From NCBI GenBank assembly GCA_965223335.1, contig OZ244991.1, forward strand, positions 864,001-928,000: 64,000 nt of DNA, given 5' to 3'. The stretch comes from Thermodesulfobacteriota bacterium (lineage in GTDB: Bacteria; Desulfobacterota_D; UBA1144; Nemesobacterales; UBA2774). Below, piece by piece: positions 1 to 9,212 of this stretch. The notes under the pieces are model-generated. The model searched no databases. It was not told the origin of the DNA and worked only from the letters and a program-made list of their open reading frames with translations. Every line of letters starts with the position of its first letter. The first letter of the stretch is position 1. Both the position numbers and the translations under genes were made by a program.

Positions 1-26
1 GTTTAACCAAATTTCTAGCAAGGAAT

Positions 27-968
27 ATGGATAATACAAAAATTTTCTGCGGCACATCAAATGCGCCGCTCGCAAAAGCTATATGTAAGTACCTGGACGT
101 GGATCTCGGCAAGTCGGAAACAAGGCGTTTCAGCGACGGAGAGATATCGGCCGAGGTATCCGAGAGCGTGAGAGGTTCACATGCCTTTGTGATCCAGTCC
201 ACCTCGCCCCCGGGAAACGAACATATAATGGAGCTACTTATAATCGCCGATGCGCTAAAGAGGGCTTCCGCACGCGCTATCACAGCTGTCGTCCCCTACT
301 ACGGTTACGCCCGTCAAGACAGAAAAGTCCAACCCCGAGCACCCATCACTGCAAAACTCGTGGCAGACCTCATATCCACGGCCGGCATTGGGCGCGTGGT
401 CACCGTAGACCTCCACGCCGGACAGATTCAAGGGTTTTTCAACATCCCAGTCGATCATGTTTATGCAACCCCCATATTTATCAAGTACATCAAAAACAAG
501 TTTGATCACAACAACATAGTGATCGTTTCACCTGATGCCGGTGGGATGGAAAGAGCAAGATCTTACGCAAAGATTCTAGACTCGGGCCTTGCAATGACCG
601 ATAAACGGAGACCCAACCCCAACCAAGCGGAAATAATGAATGTTATAGGAGATGTAGAGGGTAAACACGTAATATTGGTAGACGACCTGGTGGACACTGC
701 CGGCACAGCCATACAGGCTGCCAAGGCGCTTGAGCGCGAGGGGGCTGTGGGCGTTACACTATGCTGTACACATGGTGTGTTATCAGGCAGTGCGATCGAG
801 AGAATAAACGAATCTTCGATCGAGGAAGTAATAATTACGGATACTATACAACCGTTGAACACAACCCTTGATTGCGAAAAAATAAACGTACTCACCATAG
901 CAGACCTACTGGGAGAGGCTATAAAGCGGATTGCTACAGGTGAATCAATAAGTGCATTATTCAATTAA
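27..968 (+). CDS. prs: Ribose-phosphate pyrophosphokinase
   Basis: Motifs FSDGE, YYGYARQDRK, DLHAGQIQGFF, VSPDAGG, VDDLVDTAGT; upstream of rplY-pth as usual. Confidence 0.98.
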   Translation: MDNTKIFCGTSNAPLAKAICKYLDVDLGKSETRRFSDGEISAEVSESVRGSHAFVIQSTSPPGNEHIMELLIIADALKRASARAITAVVPYYGYARQDRKVQPRAPITAKLVADLISTAGIGRVVTVDLHAGQIQGFFNIPVDHVYATPIFIKYIKNKFDHNNIVIVSPDAGGMERARSYAKILDSGLAMTDKRRPNPNQAEIMNVIGDVEGKHVILVDDLVDTAGTAIQAAKALEREGAVGVTLCCTHGVLSGSAIERINESSIEEVIITDTIQPLNTTLDCEKINVLTIADLLGEAIKRIATGESISALFN

Positions 969-996
969 ACGAAAAAGAAGTAAGGAGTAAGAACAG

Positions 997-1683
997 ATGG
1001 CACAAAGTACATTGGTAGTCACAAGACGAAAAAGGATGGGGAAAAGCGGGGCGAAACAGATCAGGAACGAAGGCAACGTCCCTGCGGTACTGTACGGCAA
1101 GGATACTGAACCCATCGCTTTGGTAATAAACCCCACAGAGCTTAAAACCGCACTATCCACTGAGGCCGGGGAAAACACCCTACTCGATATTCAGATCAAA
1201 GACGACGATAAAAACAAGGGCAAACTCTCGTTGCTAAGAGACATACAGTACGACTATATATCGAGCAAGCCTATTCACTTTGATTTCCAAGCGCTCGACA
1301 TGAAACAAAATATAAGCGTGAATGTGCCTGTAAACATCACCGGGCGCGCACAAGGGGTAAAAGAGGGCGGTATTCTGGAGGAACTATTACGCGAGATTCA
1401 TATCTCTTGTCTACCCAACGCTATACCCAACTCATTCGAACTGGATGTAACTGATTTGGACATAGGCGGTTCAATCAGCATAAGTGATCTCGAAGTAGAC
1501 GAGGGGATTTCGGTATTGCATGGTGATTTAGACACAATCGTAGCTGTGCGTGCGCCTAAGGCCGAGGTTGTAGAGGCTGAGGAGGAAGAGGGAGAAGAAG
1601 GCGAAGAAGGCGCTGAGGGTGAAGAAGGTGCAGAGGGCGAAGGCACAGATGAACAAGCAAAAGAGGAAGGTGGCGAGGAATAG
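997..1683 (+). CDS. rplY: 50S ribosomal protein L25/Ctc with acidic tail
   Basis: VPAVLYG, HFDF, GVKEGG; SD aaggag; prs-rplY-pth synteny. Confidence 0.96.
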   Translation: MAQSTLVVTRRKRMGKSGAKQIRNEGNVPAVLYGKDTEPIALVINPTELKTALSTEAGENTLLDIQIKDDDKNKGKLSLLRDIQYDYISSKPIHFDFQALDMKQNISVNVPVNITGRAQGVKEGGILEELLREIHISCLPNAIPNSFELDVTDLDIGGSISISDLEVDEGISVLHGDLDTIVAVRAPKAEVVEAEEEEGEEGEEGAEGEEGAEGEGTDEQAKEEGGEE

Positions 1684-1691
1684 ATAAAAGA

Positions 1692-2309
1692 GTGGTCCTG
1701 GTAGCGGGTCTTGGAAACCCCGGCGATAAGTACAAAGATACCAGGCATAACGTAGGCTTCACCGTAATAGATATACTCAGTGAACGGTTTCATTGCGATA
1801 GCACCAAACAACGCTTTAAAGGCATATTCGGCGAAGCCAACAAAGACGAGATCAAGATACTGCTCCTAAAACCGATGACTTACATGAACAATAGTGGAGA
1901 ATCAGTCGCAAGTGCTTGTAATTACTATCGTGTAGACTCCCGCGACCTAATTGTGGTACACGATGAGATGGACCTGCCGCTAAATAGAATTCGGGTAAAG
2001 CAGGGCGGGGGGAGTGCCGGACATAACGGTATTAAGTCCATTGTACGCATGCTTGGCACCGACGACTTTGCAAGGGTGCGGATCGGTATAGGCAAACCGA
2101 CAGACACAACCGGTACGGTAAGCCATGTGCTCTCGGGATTTAACATAGAGGAGGCAAAGCAGCTCGAGACCATAGTCGAGAGATCTGCCGATGCCGTCCA
2201 AGAGATTATTGAAAACGGTGTCGAGAGTGCGATGAATATATACAATCAGAGAGAAAAAGTAGATGAACCCAATAATGAAAAACAGGAGAACCATATAAAG
2301 GAGGTTTAA
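1692..2309 (+). CDS. pth: Peptidyl-tRNA hydrolase
   Basis: GLGNPG, TRHNVGF, KPMTYMN, HDEMD, GHNGIKS; GTG start. Confidence 0.98.
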   Translation: MVLVAGLGNPGDKYKDTRHNVGFTVIDILSERFHCDSTKQRFKGIFGEANKDEIKILLLKPMTYMNNSGESVASACNYYRVDSRDLIVVHDEMDLPLNRIRVKQGGGSAGHNGIKSIVRMLGTDDFARVRIGIGKPTDTTGTVSHVLSGFNIEEAKQLETIVERSADAVQEIIENGVESAMNIYNQREKVDEPNNEKQENHIKEV

Positions 2310-2313
2310 TCAG

Positions 2314-4356
2314 ATGGGTGAAGTTATTGCAGCACTCTTCGGGGTGATATTAGGAATCGTGGTACTGGGGTATGCGTACCTGGTATATAGGGAAATCAAA
2401 GGACTCCCTGAAGGAAACGACAAGATGAGAGAGATCTCAGCAGCAATCCAAGAGGGGGCAATGGTATTCCTTCACAGGGAATATAAAATCATAGCGATCT
2501 TCGTGTTTATTGTTTTTATCCTACTTGGAGTATTCATAGACTGGAGAGCGGCCATTGCGTATTTGGGCGGCGCGCTTTGTTCTACAATGGCAGGGTACTT
2601 CGGCATGAAGTCCGCGACCAAGGCCAATGTAAGGACAGCACAGGCGGCTGCTACAGAGGGGCAGGGACAGGCACTCTCAGTTGCATTTAAGGGTGGCAAT
2701 GTTATGGGGCTCTCGGTAGCCGGGCTTGGATTGCTTGGGCTATCGGTAGCATTCGCGTTCGGTATCGGTATCCCTGAGAACCCCACCGACGCCACCGGCC
2801 TAACGGCGTTTGCTGTGGACTTTGCCGAGATCATCGGCGGGTTTGCAATGGGTGCAAGCTCTGTGGCACTATTTGCCAGGATCGGCGGAGGTATCTACAC
2901 AAAGGCTGCGGATGTCGGAGCCGACCTCGTGGGTAAAGTCGAAGCGGGCATCCCCGAAGACGACCCTAGAAACCCGGCCACGATTGCCGACAACGTAGGC
3001 GACAACGTTGGTGACGTTGCTGGCATGGGTGCAGACCTATTCGAATCCTATGTGGGTGCCGTGATCGCAACAATAGTTATAGCAGCGGGCATGGGAACCA
3101 ATATCATCTCACTCATGTCCATACCGATCATACTGATTGCACTGGGGAGTTTCTGCTCTATTATCGGTGCCAAGAGTGTGGACTGGTGGAAAGACAGCGA
3201 GCCACAGATGGTGCTTAGGAGAGCCACATTTACCGCAGGCGGGATCTATATCGCAGCCTCATTGGTAGTGCTCTTAATCGTCGGGCTTGTAGACGGCCTA
3301 GGCGGTAGCATCATAAGAATCTGGCTTGCATCTGTGTTAGGGCTCTTAGCAGGTGTGGTAATAGGACTTTTAACCGAGCACTACACGTCTGGATCACCGG
3401 TTAAAAAGATTGCAGAGGCCTCGCAAACAGGGGTGGCTACAAACATCATTGAAGGTATGGCAGTGGGTATGATCAGCACCACGCTGCCTGTAATCACCAT
3501 TGCAATAGCAATCGGCGTTTCATTTGCATTCGCCGGTCTATACGGCATAGGGATAGCGGCAGTAAGTATGTTGGCCACTATCGGTATTACAATGTCGGTG
3601 GATGCATACGGGCCTGTGGCGGATAACGCAGGCGGTATTACAGAGATGTCCGAGCTTGGCGAAGACGTAAGAAAAATTACCGACAAACTCGATTCACTAG
3701 GAAACACCACAGCGGCAATCGGAAAAGGATTTGCCATCGGCTCGGCAGCACTCGCAGCCCTAGCCCTATTCGCTGCCTATACAAAGGCCGTTGGACTCGA
3801 GTCAATAGACCTCACCAAGAGCAAGGTTGTAATAGGCATGCTCCTGGGTGGAACAATACCGTTTCTGCTAGGTGCCCTTACAATGGGCTCTGTGGGCAGG
3901 ACAGCTCAAAAAATGGTAGAAGAGGTAAGAAGGCAGTTTAAAGACATACCCGGGCTCCTTGAAGGAGAGGCAAAACCCGACTATGCAACATGTGTAAGTA
4001 TAAGCACCGATGCATCGCTTAAGGAGATGATCATCCCCGGTATTATCGCGATTATTGCACCGTTGGTAATCGGGTTTATTCTAAGCGCCGAGGGCCTGGG
4101 AGGGTTTTTGGCCGGCGCCATTATCTCGGGTGTTATGCTTGCACTCATGATGGCCAACGCCGGTGGTGCATGGGACAATGCCAAAAAGTTTATCGAAGAG
4201 GGCAACCTCGGCGGCAAGGGTTCCGATGCTCATAAAGCAGCGGTTGTAGGTGATACAGTAGGTGACCCGTTTAAAGATACATCGGGTCCTGCAATGAACA
4301 TTCTAATCAAATTAATGTCCATCGTATCACTGGTAATTGCCCCGTTACTCATATAA
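2314..4356 (+). CDS. hppA: Membrane-integral pyrophosphatase, K+-dependent, probably Na+-translocating
   Basis: [60 protein letters not shown]. Confidence 0.95.
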   Translation: MGEVIAALFGVILGIVVLGYAYLVYREIKGLPEGNDKMREISAAIQEGAMVFLHREYKIIAIFVFIVFILLGVFIDWRAAIAYLGGALCSTMAGYFGMKSATKANVRTAQAAATEGQGQALSVAFKGGNVMGLSVAGLGLLGLSVAFAFGIGIPENPTDATGLTAFAVDFAEIIGGFAMGASSVALFARIGGGIYTKAADVGADLVGKVEAGIPEDDPRNPATIADNVGDNVGDVAGMGADLFESYVGAVIATIVIAAGMGTNIISLMSIPIILIALGSFCSIIGAKSVDWWKDSEPQMVLRRATFTAGGIYIAASLVVLLIVGLVDGLGGSIIRIWLASVLGLLAGVVIGLLTEHYTSGSPVKKIAEASQTGVATNIIEGMAVGMISTTLPVITIAIAIGVSFAFAGLYGIGIAAVSMLATIGITMSVDAYGPVADNAGGITEMSELGEDVRKITDKLDSLGNTTAAIGKGFAIGSAALAALALFAAYTKAVGLESIDLTKSKVVIGMLLGGTIPFLLGALTMGSVGRTAQKMVEEVRRQFKDIPGLLEGEAKPDYATCVSISTDASLKEMIIPGIIAIIAPLVIGFILSAEGLGGFLAGAIISGVMLALMMANAGGAWDNAKKFIEEGNLGGKGSDAHKAAVVGDTVGDPFKDTSGPAMNILIKLMSIVSLVIAPLLI

Positions 4357-4373
4357 AATAACAATGATTTGTG

Positions 4374-4409
4374 GTGCGGTACTGCATATAGCGGTACCGC
4401 ACTGATTTA
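4374..4409 (+). terminator. Probable intrinsic terminator after hppA
   Basis: 12-bp stem gtgcggtactgc/gcggtaccgcac (one G-U), loop atata, followed by tgattta (imperfect U tract). Confidence 0.6.
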
Positions 4410-4440
4410 TAAAAATGTTTATGTAACAAACCTTAGATCG

Positions 4441-4497
4441 TGTCGCTCTGGATATACTCCCAATATACTCCAGGGCCATCAGACCAAGACAGGAGGT
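4441..4497 (+). promoter_or_regulatory. S6:S18-type ribosomal protein leader (rpsF leader)
   Basis: Nested pairing tgtc/gaca and gctctgga/tccagggc with internal loop catcagaccaa abutting SD aggagg; resembles the rpsF leader as I recall it. Confidence 0.6.
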
Positions 4498-4504
4498 AGT
4501 ACCA

Positions 4505-5113
4505 ATGGGATCAATTCCTAGCTTTTACGAAACACTTTATATCACTCGGCCCGACATCCAGTCGGACGAGCTCGAAACCATCCAGAAAAAACTTGACGAA
4601 GCCATTATCTCGAATAGTGGAGAGATTCTTAAATCAGATAAATGGGCCGAGCGCGACCTGGCATATGAGATCAACAAACACACCAAGGGTGTTTACTACA
4701 TCATGATTTTCCAGGCACTGCCCCAGGTGGTTGCAGACATGGAAAAGCATCTGAGCTTTTATAAAAACGATATTTTGAGGTTTATGACTGTTAAGATCAA
4801 AGAAGAGGTCGCTCGCAGGGAAAGTGCTGTAGAAGAGGAAAAGGTCGAGGAGAAAACAGAGGAGAAGGCTAAGGATCAGGTGCAAGCACCAGAGACCCAA
4901 GCTCCGCAACCACAAACACAGCCAGAAGCGCAATCTGCAGAGCCTGCGGCTTCTGAGGAAGAAGCAAAACCACAAGAACAACCAACAGAACCGCCACCTG
5001 CGGAGCCAGAAGTAAAAGCAGAAGCGCAATCAAGTGAACCCGAGGCCGTGGAGGAATCTACCCCCGCACCTGAGACTACAACAACAGACCCTGAAGAAGG
5101 AGGGGCTCAATAA
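4505..5113 (+). CDS. rpsF: 30S ribosomal protein S6 with long Glu/Pro/Gln/Ala-rich C-terminal extension
   Basis: [29 protein letters not shown]; stop overlaps rpsR start. Confidence 0.95.
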   Translation: MGSIPSFYETLYITRPDIQSDELETIQKKLDEAIISNSGEILKSDKWAERDLAYEINKHTKGVYYIMIFQALPQVVADMEKHLSFYKNDILRFMTVKIKEEVARRESAVEEEKVEEKTEEKAKDQVQAPETQAPQPQTQPEAQSAEPAASEEEAKPQEQPTEPPPAEPEVKAEAQSSEPEAVEESTPAPETTTTDPEEGGAQ

Positions 5114-5349
5114 TGGAAACAAGAAGAGACAGAAGATCATTTACTAAAAAGAAAGTGTGCAGGTTCTGTACCGAACCGATCGAGATGGACTACAAAAACA
5201 CAGACCTGCTGCGTAGATTTATTACAGACAGAAAAAAAATAGTACCTAGGAGAAATTCCGGGTTATGCGCTTTTCATCAGAGGAAACTTGCCGCCACACT
5301 AAAGAGAGCGCGTTTCATGGCACTTTTCCCCTACACTGTACTGCATTAA
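5113..5349 (+). CDS. rpsR: 30S ribosomal protein S18 (Zn-binding form)
   Basis: [31 protein letters not shown]. Confidence 0.97.
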   Translation: METRRDRRSFTKKKVCRFCTEPIEMDYKNTDLLRRFITDRKKIVPRRNSGLCAFHQRKLAATLKRARFMALFPYTVLH

Positions 5350-5397
5350 ACAAATACCATTTGTGTATGTAACAAAGCACTGCGGAGGTATCTAGAA

Positions 5398-5940
5398 ATG
5401 AAAGTAATATTCACGGCCGACGTCGATAAACTGGGTAGAATAGGTGAGATCAAAGAGGTTAAAAACGGTCTGGCCCGAAACTACCTGCTTCCCCAAAAAC
5501 TTGCGATCAAAGCAACCGCTGGCAACCTAAAACTGTGGGAGCAAAAGAGCAAAAAGATCCTAGCGAAAGAAGAGGCCGTGCGCGGCGAGGCCGAGAAACT
5601 GGCAGCTAAGGTAAACGGTACAAAATGCACTTTCCCTGTTAAGGTCGGGGAAGAAGATAAAATCTTTGGCTCTATCACCGCACAAAACATATCCGATGAA
5701 CTAGCCAAGCAGGGTCTTGAAATATCCAGAAAGGATATCGAGCTCGAGAGCCCTCTAAAGACCGTCGGCACACACGATATAACAGTTAAGTTGCATAGGG
5801 ACGTGACAGCCGGAATTGTAGTCGAACTGATCGGAGAGAATTCAGAACCCGAAAATAATACAGCCGAAACACCAGAAGCAGTAGATACACAGGAAGAACC
5901 GGCTGAAGAAATTACTGAAGAAAATACAGAAACAGAATAA
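5398..5940 (+). CDS. rplI: 50S ribosomal protein L9 with acidic tail
   Basis: MKVIF, VKNGLARNYLLP, KIFGSIT, KLHRDV. Confidence 0.97.
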   Translation: MKVIFTADVDKLGRIGEIKEVKNGLARNYLLPQKLAIKATAGNLKLWEQKSKKILAKEEAVRGEAEKLAAKVNGTKCTFPVKVGEEDKIFGSITAQNISDELAKQGLEISRKDIELESPLKTVGTHDITVKLHRDVTAGIVVELIGENSEPENNTAETPEAVDTQEEPAEEITEENTETE

Positions 5941-5970
5941 ACGGTAATTACTCTGAAACGGCTTATAAAC

Positions 5971-6006
5971 CTATAGCACCCGCTCTCTGCTCAAGCAGTG
6001 CTATAG
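5971..6006. terminator. Hairpin between convergent rplI and the DUF4412-like gene
   Basis: ctatagcac (5971-5979) pairs with gtgctatag (5998-6006); no clear U tract. Confidence 0.4.
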
Positions 6007-6036
6007 TCATAATTTAAATTCCACTAGATAGATTCA

Positions 6037-6879
6037 CTAACCGCCGGGGTTGGCTTCGACCATCTGTTGCAGCGATACCTTTTTGTAACCGGGAGGGGGT
6101 ACGAATGACTGGGCACCTATGTCTTTCCTCACTACCCTGGTTACCTCTTCTACTATGGTCGTACCATCAGGGTAGATATCGAGTGTTCTTAGAGGAAAAC
6201 CGGAACTGTAAATCTCCTTATAGACCTCAAGCTCTTTGTTTGTAATAGTGTTGGAGCTGCCGAATCTCTCAACGCTTTTTCTAAGCTCGCTCATATACTC
6301 GGACATCTTCTCCATATCGATCTCTTGGCCAAACCCCACCTCCTCACTGGTCCAAATCTCTTGCTTTAGTACCCCGCCCCTGAATATTTCGTATTTGGAA
6401 GACTCATAGCCGGCTATCTTTGTTTTATTCCCCGGTTTGTTCATAGATATCTTGGCCGGTTTAGCATTATCCGATATATCCACACCCTTGTCTTTCATCA
6501 TCTTCTCTACCTCTGCCCGTTTATCGGGGGGCAGTTCTTTTAACTGTCGTTTCATCTCTTCTTTCTTTCTCTCTGCAAACTGCTCAAAGTACCGCACATA
6601 ATCCTCGACCGTAGCAATTGAGTAGGTCTTGTTTTTATTGTCGATCTGTATCATTTCCCCAGTGTCCAGGTTAAACACCGCGGCAGACTGTCCAATAGGG
6701 TCTTCGAATTTCACCTTGTTGTTTTCCATATATATTGTGCCCTGGAGTTTCTCGGGCTTGCCCTTTACATAGCGCTCCTGGTTCATGATCAGACCCGCTT
6801 CGGCCGAAATTGCGCTTAGTAAATAGAAGGAACTAAATATCAAGACGAGTACAAAAAACGATCTGTTAAAACTTTTCAT
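6037..6879 (-). CDS. Exported DUF4412-like protein
   Basis: Signal peptide; KIAGYESSKY, EIWTS, GFPLRT, FVPPPGYKK pattern. Confidence 0.65.
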   Translation of the reverse strand: MKSFNRSFFVLVLIFSSFYLLSAISAEAGLIMNQERYVKGKPEKLQGTIYMENNKVKFEDPIGQSAAVFNLDTGEMIQIDNKNKTYSIATVEDYVRYFEQFAERKKEEMKRQLKELPPDKRAEVEKMMKDKGVDISDNAKPAKISMNKPGNKTKIAGYESSKYEIFRGGVLKQEIWTSEEVGFGQEIDMEKMSEYMSELRKSVERFGSSNTITNKELEVYKEIYSSGFPLRTLDIYPDGTTIVEEVTRVVRKDIGAQSFVPPPGYKKVSLQQMVEANPGG

Positions 6880-7008
6880 TATAAATAATCCTCCGCGAAT
6901 TCTTGTGATTCGTAGTCCCCGTACCGAAAAATAGGGTAACTTATAAACCTGGGATTGACCAGTTAAAAAATTCCTGTGTGTAAGTCGCTTATCGGTGGTT
7001 CAGCTCTA

Positions 7009-7036
7009 TTGACGACCATCGAAACTGTGATAGAGT
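7009..7036 (+). promoter_or_regulatory. Candidate sigma70 promoter of thi4
   Basis: ttgacg-16 nt-tagagt with TG extended -10. Confidence 0.45.
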
Positions 7037-7077
7037 AAACTGGTCGTTGCAGTTATTAAACGGAGGTGTTTTTCTTT

Positions 7078-7899
7078 ATGTCTGAGATCAATTCAAAGTT
7101 TGCGCCGGTTGGGGAAAAAGAGGTTACCAGGGCTATCGTCGAGGGTTTTGCCGAAGAGTTTAACGAGTACATATCGAGTGATGTGATAATCGTGGGCGCG
7201 GGGCCAAGTGGACTCGTAGCCGCAAAAGACCTTGCAAAAAAGAAATACAAAGTACTGCTTGTAGAAAGGATGAACTATCTTGGCGGCGGGTTTTGGATTG
7301 GCGGGTACCTCATGAATAAGGTTACTGTCAGAGACCCCGGCCACACCGTATTAGACGAGATCGAGGTCCCGTATGAAGAGGTGTCCGAGGGGCTGTACGT
7401 GGCGGACGGTCCCTATGCATGCTCAAAGCTCATAGCCATGACCTGCGAGGCGGGGGCAAAGATAAGGAACATGACCATGTTCGACGACCTTGTGTACAGG
7501 GAAAACGGCAGAGTAGCCGGAGTGGTTATAAACTGGACCCCAATTGCAAACATGCCCAAGGAGATCACATGCCTTGACCCGATTGCAATAGAATCAAAAC
7601 TGTGCATTGATGCAACGGGCCACGACGCCTACCTGGTCTCACGTCTATCCCAGCAGGGGCTTTACAAGAAACTCCCCGGCCATGGGTCTATGTGGGTAGA
7701 AAAATCCGAAGAGGCCCTTGTCGAGTACACGGGCGAGATTCATCCCGGCCTACTTGTATGCGGGATGGCTGTAAACACCACATTCGGGTTGCCGAGGATG
7801 GGACCCACGTTTGGTGGGATGCTGCTCTCGGGTAAGAAAGTTGCCCAGGAAGCCATCAAAATACTCGAAAGCCAGGAACAAGAGCAAGCCCGAGCCTAA
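7078..7899 (+). CDS. thi4: Thi4-family thiazole synthase, Cys-type
   Basis: [41 protein letters not shown]; start set at ATG 7078 behind SD ggaggtg. Confidence 0.93.
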   Translation: MSEINSKFAPVGEKEVTRAIVEGFAEEFNEYISSDVIIVGAGPSGLVAAKDLAKKKYKVLLVERMNYLGGGFWIGGYLMNKVTVRDPGHTVLDEIEVPYEEVSEGLYVADGPYACSKLIAMTCEAGAKIRNMTMFDDLVYRENGRVAGVVINWTPIANMPKEITCLDPIAIESKLCIDATGHDAYLVSRLSQQGLYKKLPGHGSMWVEKSEEALVEYTGEIHPGLLVCGMAVNTTFGLPRMGPTFGGMLLSGKKVAQEAIKILESQEQEQARA

Positions 7900-7926
7900 C
7901 TGCCTCCTAACACATAAAATCTAAAA

Positions 7927-8703
7927 CTAATTTTGAACCCCCAGCTTCTCAAGGTGAGCTTCACAGAGCTCACCTTTAAGCTGGGTATCGAGTAGTCCCT
8001 CTTGCCAGTGTGAGTTATAGAGACAACATGATCTGTCTTCACAAAACGCAACACCGGTGATCTCATAGCTAAGAACTTGGAGAATATACGAGTAGGTGAC
8101 TGACGTAGTACGCTCATCATCGTAAACCAGGTATCTGTCCCAAAAGATTGAGTCCAGTTCCCCGAGATCCCTGCCACTTTGCAGATAGCTCGCTTTCATA
8201 AAATAATATTCCCTGGGCCTAGCCGGGGCTTCCACTAAACCGGATGTGGAGATTATCGCCGGTACCCCTGTTAACACTACCCTGGCATGATAGCGCTTTA
8301 TGTCGTATGTACCGATTAATTTATCGGTAAGAACTATATGGATCGCGGGTGACCGATCCTTATTTTCAGATGACCACATGGCCCTAAATAGACACCTCTG
8401 TAGCCAGTATCCGTCATAGAGTTTAATCGGCTCATCTGCACTTGTGCCCGTTCCCGGCGGCAAACTCGGAGCCGTACAACCTCCAAACTTATCAAGCGGT
8501 TTTTCTATATCCCCGACCAGTGCAGATTCGAATTCTCGCTTGATCTCTCTTTGATCTTCCAAATCGGGGACAACATGAGTAAGGAAATCCCCCATATAAG
8601 AGACCTCAACACCGTTTTTCGCTAGCCGCTTGAAAAGTTCATCTATAGAGAGTGCAGGCGAGGGGTTATCGGTATACAGATAGATTATATTGTTATGGGC
8701 CAT
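7927..8703 (-). CDS. DUF6775-like putative metallopeptidase-related protein
   Basis: RYHAR, ISTSGLVEAPARPREYY, C-terminal C-x4-CC...HWQE...LCxxH cluster; family from recollection. Confidence 0.55.
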   Translation of the reverse strand: MAHNNIIYLYTDNPSPALSIDELFKRLAKNGVEVSYMGDFLTHVVPDLEDQREIKREFESALVGDIEKPLDKFGGCTAPSLPPGTGTSADEPIKLYDGYWLQRCLFRAMWSSENKDRSPAIHIVLTDKLIGTYDIKRYHARVVLTGVPAIISTSGLVEAPARPREYYFMKASYLQSGRDLGELDSIFWDRYLVYDDERTTSVTYSYILQVLSYEITGVAFCEDRSCCLYNSHWQEGLLDTQLKGELCEAHLEKLGVQN

Positions 8704-8747
8704 CTTGATAAGTGGTGCGGAGATGCGTGAAATATACCAATGAGGAA

Positions 8748-9209
8748 TTAGCCGATCTCAGCAATTACCTCAAGCTCGACGGGTGAGTCCAATGGCAGCT
8801 CAGCCACCCCTACCGCGGCCCTTGCGTGTATCCCGCGCTCGCCGAAGATGTCAAAACACAGATTAGATGCTCCGTTTAAGACCTGGGCCTGATCATTAAA
8901 CCCGGGGGTACTCGCCACTGAACCGTTTAGTTTCACAATTCTCGTAACTCTATCCAACTCACCGATCTCGCTCTTTATTATTGCTATTGCATTTAGGCAT
9001 GCCACCCTAGCCGCCTCGATACCCTGCTCTACTGAGACCTCCGCCCCAAGTTTCCCACTCGCAACCAATCTGCCCTCGACCAAGGGGAGTTGGCCCGAGA
9101 TAAAAATTAAGTTGCCTGTAACCACTGCCGGTTTATATGCCCCCAACGGTGTGGGTGCCGGGGGTAAATCGATGCCGAGCTCGTTTAACTTTTCTTCGAC
9201 CTTGCTCAT
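8748..9209 (-). CDS. RidA/YjgF family protein
   Basis: ISGQLP, NGAS, GIHARAAVGVAELPLDSPVELE. Confidence 0.92.
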   Translation of the reverse strand: MSKVEEKLNELGIDLPPAPTPLGAYKPAVVTGNLIFISGQLPLVEGRLVASGKLGAEVSVEQGIEAARVACLNAIAIIKSEIGELDRVTRIVKLNGSVASTPGFNDQAQVLNGASNLCFDIFGERGIHARAAVGVAELPLDSPVELEVIAEIG

Positions 9210-9212
9210 GAG

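Noticed and set aside
4634..5029. Cys/Trp/Phe-rich 131-aa minus-strand ORF resembling a toxin peptide
   Set aside because: Reverse complement of the low-complexity S6 tail
6880..7077. TPP riboswitch upstream of thi4
   Set aside because: No CTGAGA or ACCTG...GCGNAGG core, and the candidate promoter leaves only about 35 nt of leader
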